A stretch of 64,000 nucleotides of DNA. Origin: Candidatus Heimdallarchaeota archaeon (GTDB taxonomy: Archaea; Asgardarchaeota; Heimdallarchaeia; Heimdallarchaeales; Heimdallarchaeaceae). The notes under the pieces are model-generated. The model had not been told where the DNA came from, did not search any database, and saw only the letters and a program-made list of their open reading frames with translations. The stretch is taken from contig JAAFKI010000182.1 of the NCBI GenBank assembly GCA_021399345.1, forward strand, positions 9,937 to 73,936. Direction: 5' to 3'. A program made the translations under genes and the position numbers. Positions 22,346 to 32,019 of the stretch are shown piece by piece. Numbering within the stretch: position 1 is the first letter of the stretch; every line of letters begins with the position of its first letter.

Positions 22346-24265
22346 ATGGTCAATATAGAGTTACCCGATGGTAGTATACTAGAAATTTCAAAAGGAAGAA
22401 CTGTACTAGATGTTGCAAAGCAAATTGGACCACGATTAGCTGAAGCTGCTTTAGCTGGAAAAGTTGACGGAAATTTGGTTGATTTACAGTATGCAATATA
22501 CTCGGATGTCAAACTTGAGATACTAACAGAAAAATCAGAAGAATCACTACATGTTCTTAATCACAGTGCAGCTCATGTTATGGCAGGAGCAGTTGTGGAC
22601 CTATTTCCAAACGCTAAACCCACTATTGGACCTAGTATCGATCCTGTAGGATTTTACTATGATTTTTTTGTGGAAAATCCATTTACTCAGGAGGATATAG
22701 ATAAAATCCAGAAGAGAGTCGAAGAAGTTATCCAGGAAAACTCTGAATTTGATAGAGAAGAAATGTCTCTTGCGGATGCAATAAACTACTATGAGAAAGT
22801 TGACAAAAACAAATTCAAAGTAGAAATTTTGAAAGAAACAGAAGCTGATAATGTGTCATTCTATTCTCATGGAGAAGGTAACTTCAAAGATTTATGTCGA
22901 GGACCACATGTTCCATATACTGGAAAAATAAAAGCGATAAAGATTCTTAGCGCTTCTTCAGCTTTTTGGAGAGCTGATGCTAACAAAGAATCACTCCAAA
23001 GAGTTTATGGTGTAGCTTTTAGTACTGAAAAAAAACTAAAAAAGCATCTGACCATGTTGGAAGAGGCGAAGAAGAGAGATCATAGGATAATTGGACCGCA
23101 ATTAGACTTATTTGATACTGCTGATGAATGGGGACCAGGTATGCCATTAATCTATCCCAAGGGTGCCATTATTTTAGATGTTATGAAAGATTTCTGGAAG
23201 AAAGAACATCGAAAAGCAGGTTATGAAATAGTACAAACTCCTCATGTTTTCAAAGAAAATGTATGGCAAACCAGTGGGCATATTGAGTACTTTATGGAAA
23301 ATATGTTTCCTGTAGATTTGAAAGGAGAGCAATGGTACATTAAACCTATGAACTGTCCTGGACATATGATGATTTACAATCGAAAAGCTTATTCGTATCG
23401 AGAACTACCTGTAAGAATTGGCGAGATGGGCACTGTATACAGATATGAGCTTTCTGGAACATTACATGGTCTTTTCCGAATTAGAGGTTTTACTCAGGAT
23501 GATGCTCACATCTTCATGCTTCCTGATCAACTAGAGGATGAAATTGTCAAAGTTATTGAGATTGTTGAACATTTCTACAAAACCTTTGGTTTTCAAGAAT
23601 GGGAGTATTTTATTAGCACTAAACCAGATAAAGCAATTGGAACTGATGAAGGATGGGAACATGCTACAAAAGCTCTAATGAAAGCGTTGGAAAGAGCAAA
23701 TCTAACTTACAAAATAAAAGAAGGAGAAGGTGTCTTCTATGGACCCAAGATTGATGTTGACGTAAAAGATGCAATAGGTCGTAGATGGCAACTTGCAACT
23801 ATTCAAGTTGATTTCAACCTTCCTGATAGGTTCAATATCAATTATCTTGGCGAAGATAGTCAGAAACATAAACCGTATGTAATTCATCGTGTTATCTATG
23901 GAGCAATAGAAAGATTCTTCGCAATTTTAGTAGAAAATTACGCAGGAAAAATGCCTATATGGTTAAGTCCAGTTCAAGTAATAGTTATACCTATTACTGA
24001 CCAGCATATTGATTATGCAAAACAAGTTGTTGAAGATTTACTCAAGGCTGATATCAGAGCTGAAGCAGACCTTTCTGGAGAAAGAATGGAATATAAAATT
24101 CGACAAGCAACTTTGCACAAAATTCCATTTATATTGAATGTGGGTGACAAAGAGATTGAAGATAAGACTATTGCAGTTAGATCTCGTGGAAACAAAGTGG
24201 AATTTGGAGTGAAAATTTCAGAGTTCATAAAAAAGGTACGGAAGTTAATTGAAGCTTATGAATGA
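22346..24265 (+). CDS. thrS: Threonyl-tRNA synthetase, bacterial/eukaryote-like architecture (TGS + N2 editing domain)
   Basis: TGS domain, HSAAHVM, DLCRGPHVP, KPMNCPGH, YRYELSG.LHGLFRIRGFTQDDAH, IHRVIYGAIERF. SD AGGTGA upstream. Confidence 0.97.
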   Translation: MVNIELPDGSILEISKGRTVLDVAKQIGPRLAEAALAGKVDGNLVDLQYAIYSDVKLEILTEKSEESLHVLNHSAAHVMAGAVVDLFPNAKPTIGPSIDPVGFYYDFFVENPFTQEDIDKIQKRVEEVIQENSEFDREEMSLADAINYYEKVDKNKFKVEILKETEADNVSFYSHGEGNFKDLCRGPHVPYTGKIKAIKILSASSAFWRADANKESLQRVYGVAFSTEKKLKKHLTMLEEAKKRDHRIIGPQLDLFDTADEWGPGMPLIYPKGAIILDVMKDFWKKEHRKAGYEIVQTPHVFKENVWQTSGHIEYFMENMFPVDLKGEQWYIKPMNCPGHMMIYNRKAYSYRELPVRIGEMGTVYRYELSGTLHGLFRIRGFTQDDAHIFMLPDQLEDEIVKVIEIVEHFYKTFGFQEWEYFISTKPDKAIGTDEGWEHATKALMKALERANLTYKIKEGEGVFYGPKIDVDVKDAIGRRWQLATIQVDFNLPDRFNINYLGEDSQKHKPYVIHRVIYGAIERFFAILVENYAGKMPIWLSPVQVIVIPITDQHIDYAKQVVEDLLKADIRAEADLSGERMEYKIRQATLHKIPFILNVGDKEIEDKTIAVRSRGNKVEFGVKISEFIKKVRKLIEAYE

Positions 24266-24325
24266 TTTTAAGACAAATCATTCTTCTTATTTTATATACT
24301 TACAAAAATAAGACAAAATTGGGAA

Positions 24326-25009
24326 CTAATTCCCGTTTTGAAGTTTTTCAGATTCTTCTTCAATGTGTGTGATCTTTATACCAAGACTGTCCATGAGTTG
24401 GAAGCACCAACCAAGCCAGACATTAACAAAACCCTTTGCACCTGCATCTACTACGCCTGCTTCTTTTAGGACGGGTAATAGGTTTGGAGTGTTTTCTAAA
24501 GATTTAACTGCAGTTAAATAGGTTTCAGTAATCATCTCAGTCCAATCTCCACCTTTTTCTGCAATGGATTTTGCAATGATTGCAGTATCCTTTATAACAG
24601 TAAGAATAGTTCCTTCAGTAGGGTGAAGAACAGCTTCATAAGCCCATTCACTCCCTTCTTCTAGAGCTTTTGCAAATACTTGTAAATCTACTGAATCATG
24701 TTCTTCAATTTCAGAACTGAAACCTTGGAAGAATTGAGAAATAATTACGCCAGAATTACCTTTGGCTCCTAAGAAACTACCTTTTGTAATGAGTTGTGCA
24801 GCTTCTTGGATAGATGTTGGTTCAACTTCATCAAATTGCTCAACAACAGTCCTTATTGTTAAAAACAAATTTACTCCTGTATCTCCATCAGGAATTGGAA
24901 AAACATTAATAGCGTTTATTTCTTCTTTTGTTTGCTCAAGATTATGAGCGGCAGTAATCATCATTTTTTTGAGGGTTATGCCATCGATTTTAGTATTTGG
25001 TATCATCAT
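24326..25009 (-). CDS. Stand-alone DAK2 domain of FakA/YloV (fatty-acid kinase ATP-binding subunit) type
   Basis: INAINVFPIPDGDTGVNL, GAKGNSGVIISQ, PTEGTILTV, TPNLLPVLKEAGVVDAG. Confidence 0.85.
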   Translation of the reverse strand: MMIPNTKIDGITLKKMMITAAHNLEQTKEEINAINVFPIPDGDTGVNLFLTIRTVVEQFDEVEPTSIQEAAQLITKGSFLGAKGNSGVIISQFFQGFSSEIEEHDSVDLQVFAKALEEGSEWAYEAVLHPTEGTILTVIKDTAIIAKSIAEKGGDWTEMITETYLTAVKSLENTPNLLPVLKEAGVVDAGAKGFVNVWLGWCFQLMDSLGIKITHIEEESEKLQNGN

Positions 25010-25265
25010 TTTTTAGCCCCACTTAGCTAAGTTTTTTACCTACCGCAGTTCTATGTGTTTGAAAGAGTATTTAATACTTCCTTGCTTTTATGAGCATAAA
25101 ATATTGCGATTATGTAATTGTATTTACGCTCGTTTGTAAATGCTATTAATTCTTTTAAAAACCTATGCATTAAGCGATATTATATGGCCATAGAACATTA
25201 GAATTCTGGAGAAATAGACGAAATTAGAAAAAATGGAGATAATGAAAAAAAGGAAAAAAAAGTGC

Positions 25266-28211
25266 TTAATCTAACAATAACGCTGGCTTCATTGGTCTTG
25301 CTTTGTTAGCTTTATTTTGAGGGTCATGAATCTCTTCATCATCAGCAATTTGAATTATAATTTCGGCATTGTTGAATCTTTTACTAATATATTCTTCATA
25401 TCCTTGAATTGCTTTTTTCTGATCTTCAGGAGCTAGCATTTTTATTCTGAATATAGTAGGATCTTTTAACATTTGCTTTGCATCGTTTGCTATTTCTTTC
25501 ATGTATTTGTTAAGCTTACTATTCTCTTCTGCTGATGACATAATTCTTCCAATTTGAACAGCTTCATCTTTGAACAAATCGGTTGCTAAGTCATATAAGT
25601 CATTCTTCCATTCTGCATTAATATAGATATAAATTTTATTTGGTTTTGTCTTTACTAGTTTCACTATTTGATTTATATCTTCTAGCAGATTGGTCATGAA
25701 CTTTGCTTGTAAGGCGTAAAGGGTATCTTCTTTATCTATTATGATTTTAGGCATTCTTTTCAATGAGATGTAATCTTTGTTGCCCATTCTCTCGTTTAAT
25801 TCTTCACAAATGTGTGGAATAACCGGTGCTATTAAAACAACTATCATTTCAATTACTTCCCTAAGAACTGCCATCTTTTCTTCTTCAGGTAGATTTACAG
25901 CTAATTTCTGGTATTCATCTAGAATTCTTATGTTTGAATAATATCCATCCAAGATGTAATCTCTAGCATTAAATTTCTCAATTTCTTCCAATGCTTTTTT
26001 TAGATTGGTTTTTACTGATGAAAGCAAAACCTTTGATGGAAACGAGTATTCTATGTTTACATCTCTAGCTACATCTACAACACTTAATGCATATTCCCAG
26101 AATTTTTTCAATCTTTGTTGGGCAAATTTCACTTCAGTGTCTTTCCATTCCAAAACTGTTTCTGGTGTAGCATTTGATGCTAAATGTAATCTTGTCAAGT
26201 CAACACTGAATTTACCTGATACTTCTGCTATTTGAATCACGTTAGGCTTGCTTTTACTCATTGCTTCACCAAAGCGATTTAATGTATCATTCAAAGAGAA
26301 GGCAGGTAGCCAATACTTTTCAGGAAATATAGCAGCATGGTGAAAGATTGCAAATGATAGATGGTTTGAAATATGCTGAATTGCTGTGTGTCGTAAGTCA
26401 TTTGGATACCAATATTCAAATTCCGCTTTTATTTTTTCAATTATGTCTTCTGATATGGAAGTGATCTTGCTTACTTCTTTTATATCTCCTTCATTTAGAA
26501 ATACATAATCAAAGAACTCCGGTTTCAGTTGACTAGGTTCAATGTTGTTTTGACGCATTTGTCTAACAATTGTATAGAAGGACATGTAAATAACTGAATC
26601 ACTCAATGATTCAATAATCCACCCTTCTCCTTTGGTAAATGGAAATTCTGTTCCTAATCCTCTTCTTCGAACACAAGGTCTTTTGTCTAACCAGTGGAAG
26701 GTGTTTTCAAAGCTTTGTCGATATTTTTCTGGAGTTATGAGCATTTTGTTTAATGCTTTGAATGCATCTCTTTTCCAATCTTCATTTCCATAATGCAAGA
26801 AATATTGATCTTGTATAATAGCTGCAATTATCTGTCCTCCACATCTACAAACAGCCTTAGTTGATGTTTCATAAATCGGAGACGCTAGATTAATATCAAA
26901 TAAAGTATCTGCAACTCTATCTTTAGCAACTTCGACTTTCAGTCCTTTATAGTCACCTGTGTTTTCTTTCATAATTCCAGAGTAAAATTCGTCTCTGTAA
27001 ATTGTTTGAGTAGCTTCTTCTAATTCAGCAATGTCATTTTGTGATTTAATATCCAATTTTTTGCAAATTTCAACTGCAGGGAATTCACCATAACCCTTTA
27101 CCTCAATTAAAGAAATTGGCTCAATTTGCTTCAAAAATTCAGAATTTAATCCATATTTTTCAATGGTTTTCTCATCTTTTTGCAAATCAGCTAACGCTGC
27201 ATAGTCATAGGGAGCATGTCCAGGAACACTGTATACTACACCTGTTGCATGATCAGTATCCACGAAAGATGCTGGATAGATTGGTATTTTTTTCTCAGTA
27301 ATAGGAACTTCAACGCTATTGTTTGTTAGCTCTTTTCCTTTTAATTCTCTAATAATCTCGATTTCATGATTTTGCTCAATTAACTTCTTTGTTGCTTCTT
27401 TGGAGACAATCCATTTCTCTCCATCTATTGAGATTTCTTCGTAAATTGCGTCAGGATGGATCCATACATTGGTTGCACCGAAAATCGTTTCAGGTCTTAA
27501 GGTGGCAGCAACTAGAAAGATATTTGAATCAAGCATGAATTTAATACCAACAAATTCAGTTACTTCAACCTTTAACTCATCTCCAGCTTGAATGTCATCC
27601 TCACCAACAGCATTTTTATCGTTGACACACCATAGGATGGGATGATTTCCTTGTGTAATTAAGTTCTTTTTGTCCAATTTAATATATTGCCATTCTATGA
27701 ATTTATTATAGTCGGGATCTCCAGTTGAGAACTGCCTTGTAGTATCAAGCGAGTATCCCATTCCAAGGAAATCTTGGATTATTTTTTCTGAAAAATAGTT
27801 TGCTACATTTTCTGGCTCTACAAACGAAGCTATTAATTCCTCAACTCTTTCCTTGCTGTCCTCATATATTGAGATATACTTTCGGTATCTGTCCCATTCG
27901 ACTTTATCATTATTCTTTAGTTTCCAAGATACTGCAAGAACAGGAGTTCCAGTTATATGAAAGCCCATGGGCCATAATACATTGAATCCTTGTTGTCTCT
28001 TGAACCTAGCAAAAATATCACCTAATCCATAAGTACGAGCATGGCCTATATGAAGAGGAGCAGTTGCATAAGGATAAGACACTGTCAAGAACCATTTTGG
28101 TTTTGAGCTATCTACATTTCCAATAAATATCTGGTCTTCTTCCCATTTTTTTTGCCATTTTTTTTCAATATTACGTATCTCTTCTAGAAATGTTTTCAAT
28201 AATTTCACCAT
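25266..28211 (-). CDS. leuS: Leucyl-tRNA synthetase, archaeal/eukaryotic type
   Basis: YPYATAPLHIGH, ATLRPETIFG, TGVVYSVPGHAPYD editing domain, IESLSDSVIY, AMSKS, KARPMKPAL C-terminus. Confidence 0.96.
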   Translation of the reverse strand: MVKLLKTFLEEIRNIEKKWQKKWEEDQIFIGNVDSSKPKWFLTVSYPYATAPLHIGHARTYGLGDIFARFKRQQGFNVLWPMGFHITGTPVLAVSWKLKNNDKVEWDRYRKYISIYEDSKERVEELIASFVEPENVANYFSEKIIQDFLGMGYSLDTTRQFSTGDPDYNKFIEWQYIKLDKKNLITQGNHPILWCVNDKNAVGEDDIQAGDELKVEVTEFVGIKFMLDSNIFLVAATLRPETIFGATNVWIHPDAIYEEISIDGEKWIVSKEATKKLIEQNHEIEIIRELKGKELTNNSVEVPITEKKIPIYPASFVDTDHATGVVYSVPGHAPYDYAALADLQKDEKTIEKYGLNSEFLKQIEPISLIEVKGYGEFPAVEICKKLDIKSQNDIAELEEATQTIYRDEFYSGIMKENTGDYKGLKVEVAKDRVADTLFDINLASPIYETSTKAVCRCGGQIIAAIIQDQYFLHYGNEDWKRDAFKALNKMLITPEKYRQSFENTFHWLDKRPCVRRRGLGTEFPFTKGEGWIIESLSDSVIYMSFYTIVRQMRQNNIEPSQLKPEFFDYVFLNEGDIKEVSKITSISEDIIEKIKAEFEYWYPNDLRHTAIQHISNHLSFAIFHHAAIFPEKYWLPAFSLNDTLNRFGEAMSKSKPNVIQIAEVSGKFSVDLTRLHLASNATPETVLEWKDTEVKFAQQRLKKFWEYALSVVDVARDVNIEYSFPSKVLLSSVKTNLKKALEEIEKFNARDYILDGYYSNIRILDEYQKLAVNLPEEEKMAVLREVIEMIVVLIAPVIPHICEELNERMGNKDYISLKRMPKIIIDKEDTLYALQAKFMTNLLEDINQIVKLVKTKPNKIYIYINAEWKNDLYDLATDLFKDEAVQIGRIMSSAEENSKLNKYMKEIANDAKQMLKDPTIFRIKMLAPEDQKKAIQGYEEYISKRFNNAEIIIQIADDEEIHDPQNKANKARPMKPALLLD

Positions 28212-28459
28212 TATTTGCTATGTTTATTCGAATCTTACTTGAACAGCTAGAATATCCTTCTTCTTCCAAAATCGGAATTTGATAATTAAAAGCGTTATCT
28301 TTAGGCATAATAAAACTGTTAAAGAAACGAATAACCTGGAAACCATTAAAACAGATATCTTTCCTATTTGTTGAGAAGAACACGATACCCCATTTTGGTT
28401 TCCTCACTATAACAAAATATATTTTACTCATTAAACTTTTGAATAAGAAGAAACGGATA

Positions 28460-29557
28460 TCATTCAATTTGTTTTGAGATTATTGGTTTGAATGCTAAAT
28501 ATTTCTCCACCAAAGTAGATATTTCATTTTCCGACATATTCTGTGATAAATCTGTAAGAAGATTTTTTATTGCTTGTCGTAAATAACTTGTAGGAACTCT
28601 ACTACACAAGAAGCAAACAAACGTTCCTTCAGTTTCGATCATTAATGAAGAATCACCTAAATCAATTTCTTTTGGATAAACTTCTTTTCCTATTAGTTCT
28701 CCTGCAAATTCAGAAAAAGCTGTAGTTACACTAAGAATAATATGACCTCTAACATTCAGTTTTTTCTTTGCTGAAGCTGAATAGATTGAAGAACCAGCTT
28801 TATCAAAGATGTATATTGAATGAATTTCTGTAGAATAATAAAATGCTTCAATTCCGCCCATATAAATTGAAATGCCTATGATCAAGGCTCCCACCGCAAC
28901 AGAAACCCATTCCATATGGAGCATCATTATTTCACCTGTCACAGCATAGATGAATTTTCTAGCCGCAAATAGAAGAGCACTTATGAAGTAAGCTATTACA
29001 ACTCCAACCATCATAATTTCTACAACTCTTTGATATTTCTTCTCTACGAAACCTCTTTGTTTAATCAAGTGTGTGAGAAAAACTATTCCTGCAAAAATAG
29101 CCAGGCCTGCATCAAATATTACCCAAATTATACTAGTTTGTGCAATATAAAAATCGTAATTGCTTCCTTTAACAGGCAAGAGAGCTAAAGTATAGTCTCC
29201 AGAAACTGTTAAACCTACTACACCTCCAAAAAGGAAAAGAGCAAACGCTAGAACTATGGGATTATAGATTTGTCTGGGGCTTAATGATACAACGAAGAAG
29301 ATAGTTGCTACCATTCCAACCATACTAATTATTGTTGAAAACTGAGATACAAATAGAGCATCGGTTTCTTTGGTTATCTGACTAAGATAAACAACAAAAA
29401 TACCGCTAATTATCCATCCCATAATGCAAAAAATCATTGACAGAAAATAATACACTGAGAAAGATGATGTTCGTATTTGTTTTCCTATCACAAGAATTGC
29501 TCCAAGGAGTAGAAAGAAAATAGATACAATTCCTATCCCATAAGAGATCCAGACCAT
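28460..29557 (-). CDS. Seven-TM membrane protein with C-terminal longin-like domain
   Basis: Seven hydrophobic segments in aa 1-235, then IHSIYIFDKAGSSIYS...TAFSEFAGELIG...KEIDLGDSSLMIE...FLCS...YLRQAIKNL, a longin beta-beta-alpha-beta-beta-beta-alpha pattern. Confidence 0.7.
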   Translation of the reverse strand: MVWISYGIGIVSIFFLLLGAILVIGKQIRTSSFSVYYFLSMIFCIMGWIISGIFVVYLSQITKETDALFVSQFSTIISMVGMVATIFFVVSLSPRQIYNPIVLAFALFLFGGVVGLTVSGDYTLALLPVKGSNYDFYIAQTSIIWVIFDAGLAIFAGIVFLTHLIKQRGFVEKKYQRVVEIMMVGVVIAYFISALLFAARKFIYAVTGEIMMLHMEWVSVAVGALIIGISIYMGGIEAFYYSTEIHSIYIFDKAGSSIYSASAKKKLNVRGHIILSVTTAFSEFAGELIGKEVYPKEIDLGDSSLMIETEGTFVCFLCSRVPTSYLRQAIKNLLTDLSQNMSENEISTLVEKYLAFKPIISKQIE

Positions 29558-29618
29558 GAGCAGTAAGGATTTTAGAGTTTTATATAGTTTTGGCTTTATT
29601 TTGCTCTAAACTCTATTA

Positions 29619-30962
29619 CTAAATTACAAAGTCCTCTTTGTCAACATTTCTGTTCTCTAATCCTAATCTAGATACTTTAAATTTAATCCCCCCGTATAGT
29701 TCGGCATGTTCCTGGTCGTTATACAAAGCTGCAGCAATTCTTCCTATTGCATCTGCCTTCATGATTCCACTTCCAGAACCTGAAGATACGACTTGTAACC
29801 CCTTGATTTCCTTAGCTTTGAAAACAACTGGATTCTTGTCAATTGTATTTATTGCATAGAATCCTGCCCATGAATTTGTTAACTGAAGATCTTTTAAAAT
29901 AGGAAGATATTCAGCTAAGATTAAGTATCTATCAAATTCATAATCTCTATCGTTCGCTTGGGTATCATTCAAAGGATTATCTCCTGTTGTGATCTCTTCA
30001 GGATTAGTAATGATATATGGTTTCCCAATCAATGATCCTCCCCCGATCCATATACTATGATTATATTTTACTGGTTTCAAATGAATTCCATGCATTGGGA
30101 AAATGAGAAATGGTGTTGTTTTTTCGCCATTAAAATGCTCATTGTCAAGAAAATTTGCTAGTTGAGGATGTTGTACTCTGAATATATACTTCTTGACAGG
30201 CATTGTATGACTATTTACTCCTAACGGTAATAGAAGTTCATTAGCCCAAGCACCAGTTGCAATAATGAATTTTTCTGATTTAATTGTAATTCCGACATTT
30301 GTTAAAGCTCCACCAATTCTTTTTTTCTGCCATCCAACCGGTTCTCCTGGAATACCAAGTTTCCCGCCAATTGGCTCCAAAATAAGTTTTGTAACTGTGG
30401 TATTGTAAAGAGTTTCTCCACCCAGCTTTTTAAATTCATTTTCATAGAAATCTCTTGTAATCTTGTCTGCATCTAGTTCTCCACAGTCATAGCCAAGAAG
30501 ACCAAAGTCAATATTTCTCAAATTGAGCATTTGAGCATCCTCATTTCCATCAAAATCAGTTACAAGTTCAGGTATTTTTTGTTTAATATCTTCTTTTTCA
30601 AGTATCTCTACGCGAACCTTGTTGTCTAGCATAGTCTCAATTGCTATTTTGTTTCCTTCAAATTGCTCTTTATCCATTAACCATAGATAAGTAACATCTC
30701 TTAGAGATAAATCTATACCCAGCTCGTGTTGAACATGCTTATAAAAGTCTCTAGTAGAACTGCTTAGATGTAAATTCACTTCGGAGGAGAAGGTATCTCG
30801 ATACATTGCAGCTGATTGTGCTGTATTTCCTGCTCCTGCTTGAGCTAGTTTGTCAACAACCAATATTTCTAGATTTTTATTTTCTTTTTTTATATAGTAA
30901 GCTGTTGCCATACCAAATAATCCAGCTCCAATTACTACTACATCATAGTGTTTTTCACTCAT
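29619..30962 (-). CDS. FAD-dependent oxidoreductase (DAO/sarcosine oxidase beta-like)
   Basis: YDVVVIGAGLFG, GNTAQSAA, IATGAW, WAGFY, SGSGIMKADAIGR. Confidence 0.9.
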   Translation of the reverse strand: MSEKHYDVVVIGAGLFGMATAYYIKKENKNLEILVVDKLAQAGAGNTAQSAAMYRDTFSSEVNLHLSSSTRDFYKHVQHELGIDLSLRDVTYLWLMDKEQFEGNKIAIETMLDNKVRVEILEKEDIKQKIPELVTDFDGNEDAQMLNLRNIDFGLLGYDCGELDADKITRDFYENEFKKLGGETLYNTTVTKLILEPIGGKLGIPGEPVGWQKKRIGGALTNVGITIKSEKFIIATGAWANELLLPLGVNSHTMPVKKYIFRVQHPQLANFLDNEHFNGEKTTPFLIFPMHGIHLKPVKYNHSIWIGGGSLIGKPYIITNPEEITTGDNPLNDTQANDRDYEFDRYLILAEYLPILKDLQLTNSWAGFYAINTIDKNPVVFKAKEIKGLQVVSSGSGSGIMKADAIGRIAAALYNDQEHAELYGGIKFKVSRLGLENRNVDKEDFVI

Positions 30963-31112
30963 TATCTTACCTCTTGAGAAAAAATTTACATTAATTCAGA
31001 TATATTGAACAAGTACTCTTTAAAAATTTTATACCAACAATATAGAAATCTATAGTCAAAACAACGAATTTTTAAGTTCAACAATAGTTATACACATGAA
31101 GATTGTGATGAT

Positions 31113-31922
31113 ATGCATTTGAATGCGAAAACAGAAGAAGATAAAAAAATCGAAGAAACACTATTGAAGATCAAACACAAAATTGCTGTTTTAAGTGGGA
31201 AAGGTGGAACTGGTAAAACAACAGTTACTGTAAACTTGGCTCAAACTCTTTCTGATATGGGCTATAAAGTAGGTATACTTGATGCTGATATTACGGGTCC
31301 AAATGTTCCTCTGATGCTTGGAGTAGAGGATCTACAAATGACTACAGAGGACAATAAGATTGTCCCAGTAGAAGCAGGAAAGATAAAAATTGTATCAATT
31401 GAGTTTTTACTTCAAGATAAAACAAAAGCTGTTATCTGGAGGGGACCAATGAAAATTAAGGCCCTTAAACAGCTCCTTGCAGATGTAAACTGGGGTGAAT
31501 TAGATTTTCTTATTGTGGATTTACCTCCTGGTAGTAGTGATGAGCCCTTGAGCATAGTTCAAACAATCAAAGATTTAGATGGTATGGTCATTGTTACTAC
31601 TCCTCAAGCTGTTTCACTTCTTGATGTAACCAAATCGATAAATTTTGCACAAGAAACAAAAGTACCAATATTAGGAATTATCGAAAATATGTCTGGTTTT
31701 GTGTGTCCTCATTGTGATGAGATTACTTACATTTTCAAAAAAGATGGTGGAAAAAACAAAGCTGAACAACTTGATTTGGATTTTCTCGGAACTATTCCTC
31801 TAATATCTCAAATTTGTGAGGCTGGAGATTCAGGAAGAGCCGCAGTTAGAGTGAATGATAAAGCAAAAGATGTCTTTTCTAAGGTTGTTGAAAAAATACT
31901 TTCTAAACTTGGTAAGGAGTAA
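31113..31922 (+). CDS. Mrp/NBP35 (ApbC) Fe-S cluster carrier ATPase
   Basis: SGKGGTGKTT, DADITGPNVP, VIWRGP, VDLPPG, ENMSGFVCPHC. Confidence 0.93.
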   Translation: MHLNAKTEEDKKIEETLLKIKHKIAVLSGKGGTGKTTVTVNLAQTLSDMGYKVGILDADITGPNVPLMLGVEDLQMTTEDNKIVPVEAGKIKIVSIEFLLQDKTKAVIWRGPMKIKALKQLLADVNWGELDFLIVDLPPGSSDEPLSIVQTIKDLDGMVIVTTPQAVSLLDVTKSINFAQETKVPILGIIENMSGFVCPHCDEITYIFKKDGGKNKAEQLDLDFLGTIPLISQICEAGDSGRAAVRVNDKAKDVFSKVVEKILSKLGKE

Positions 31923-32019
31923 TTTCTAATAAGGACTATAGTGTTATATCCAATTCTTTTTGACAAAAAACTTTCGCAATGTTTTTTTACTCAAAAGTGG
32001 ATATTTTCTTTTGATTAAC

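Noticed and set aside
25021-25080. Short palindromes ACTTAGCTAAGT and AGTATT-T-AATACT upstream of the DAK2 gene
   Set aside because: Short AT-rich palindromes are expected by chance, and no second copy was seen.
26240-26275. AMSKS instead of KMSKS in LeuRS as a sign of an inactive paralogue
   Set aside because: The catalytically important second Lys, the HIGH motif and the editing motifs are intact.
28171-28467. 98-aa minus-strand ORF between the 7TM-longin gene and leuS
   Set aside because: Overlaps both neighbours and has no motif. It cannot be supported, though not fully excluded; an alternative 40-aa frame is reported as a finding.
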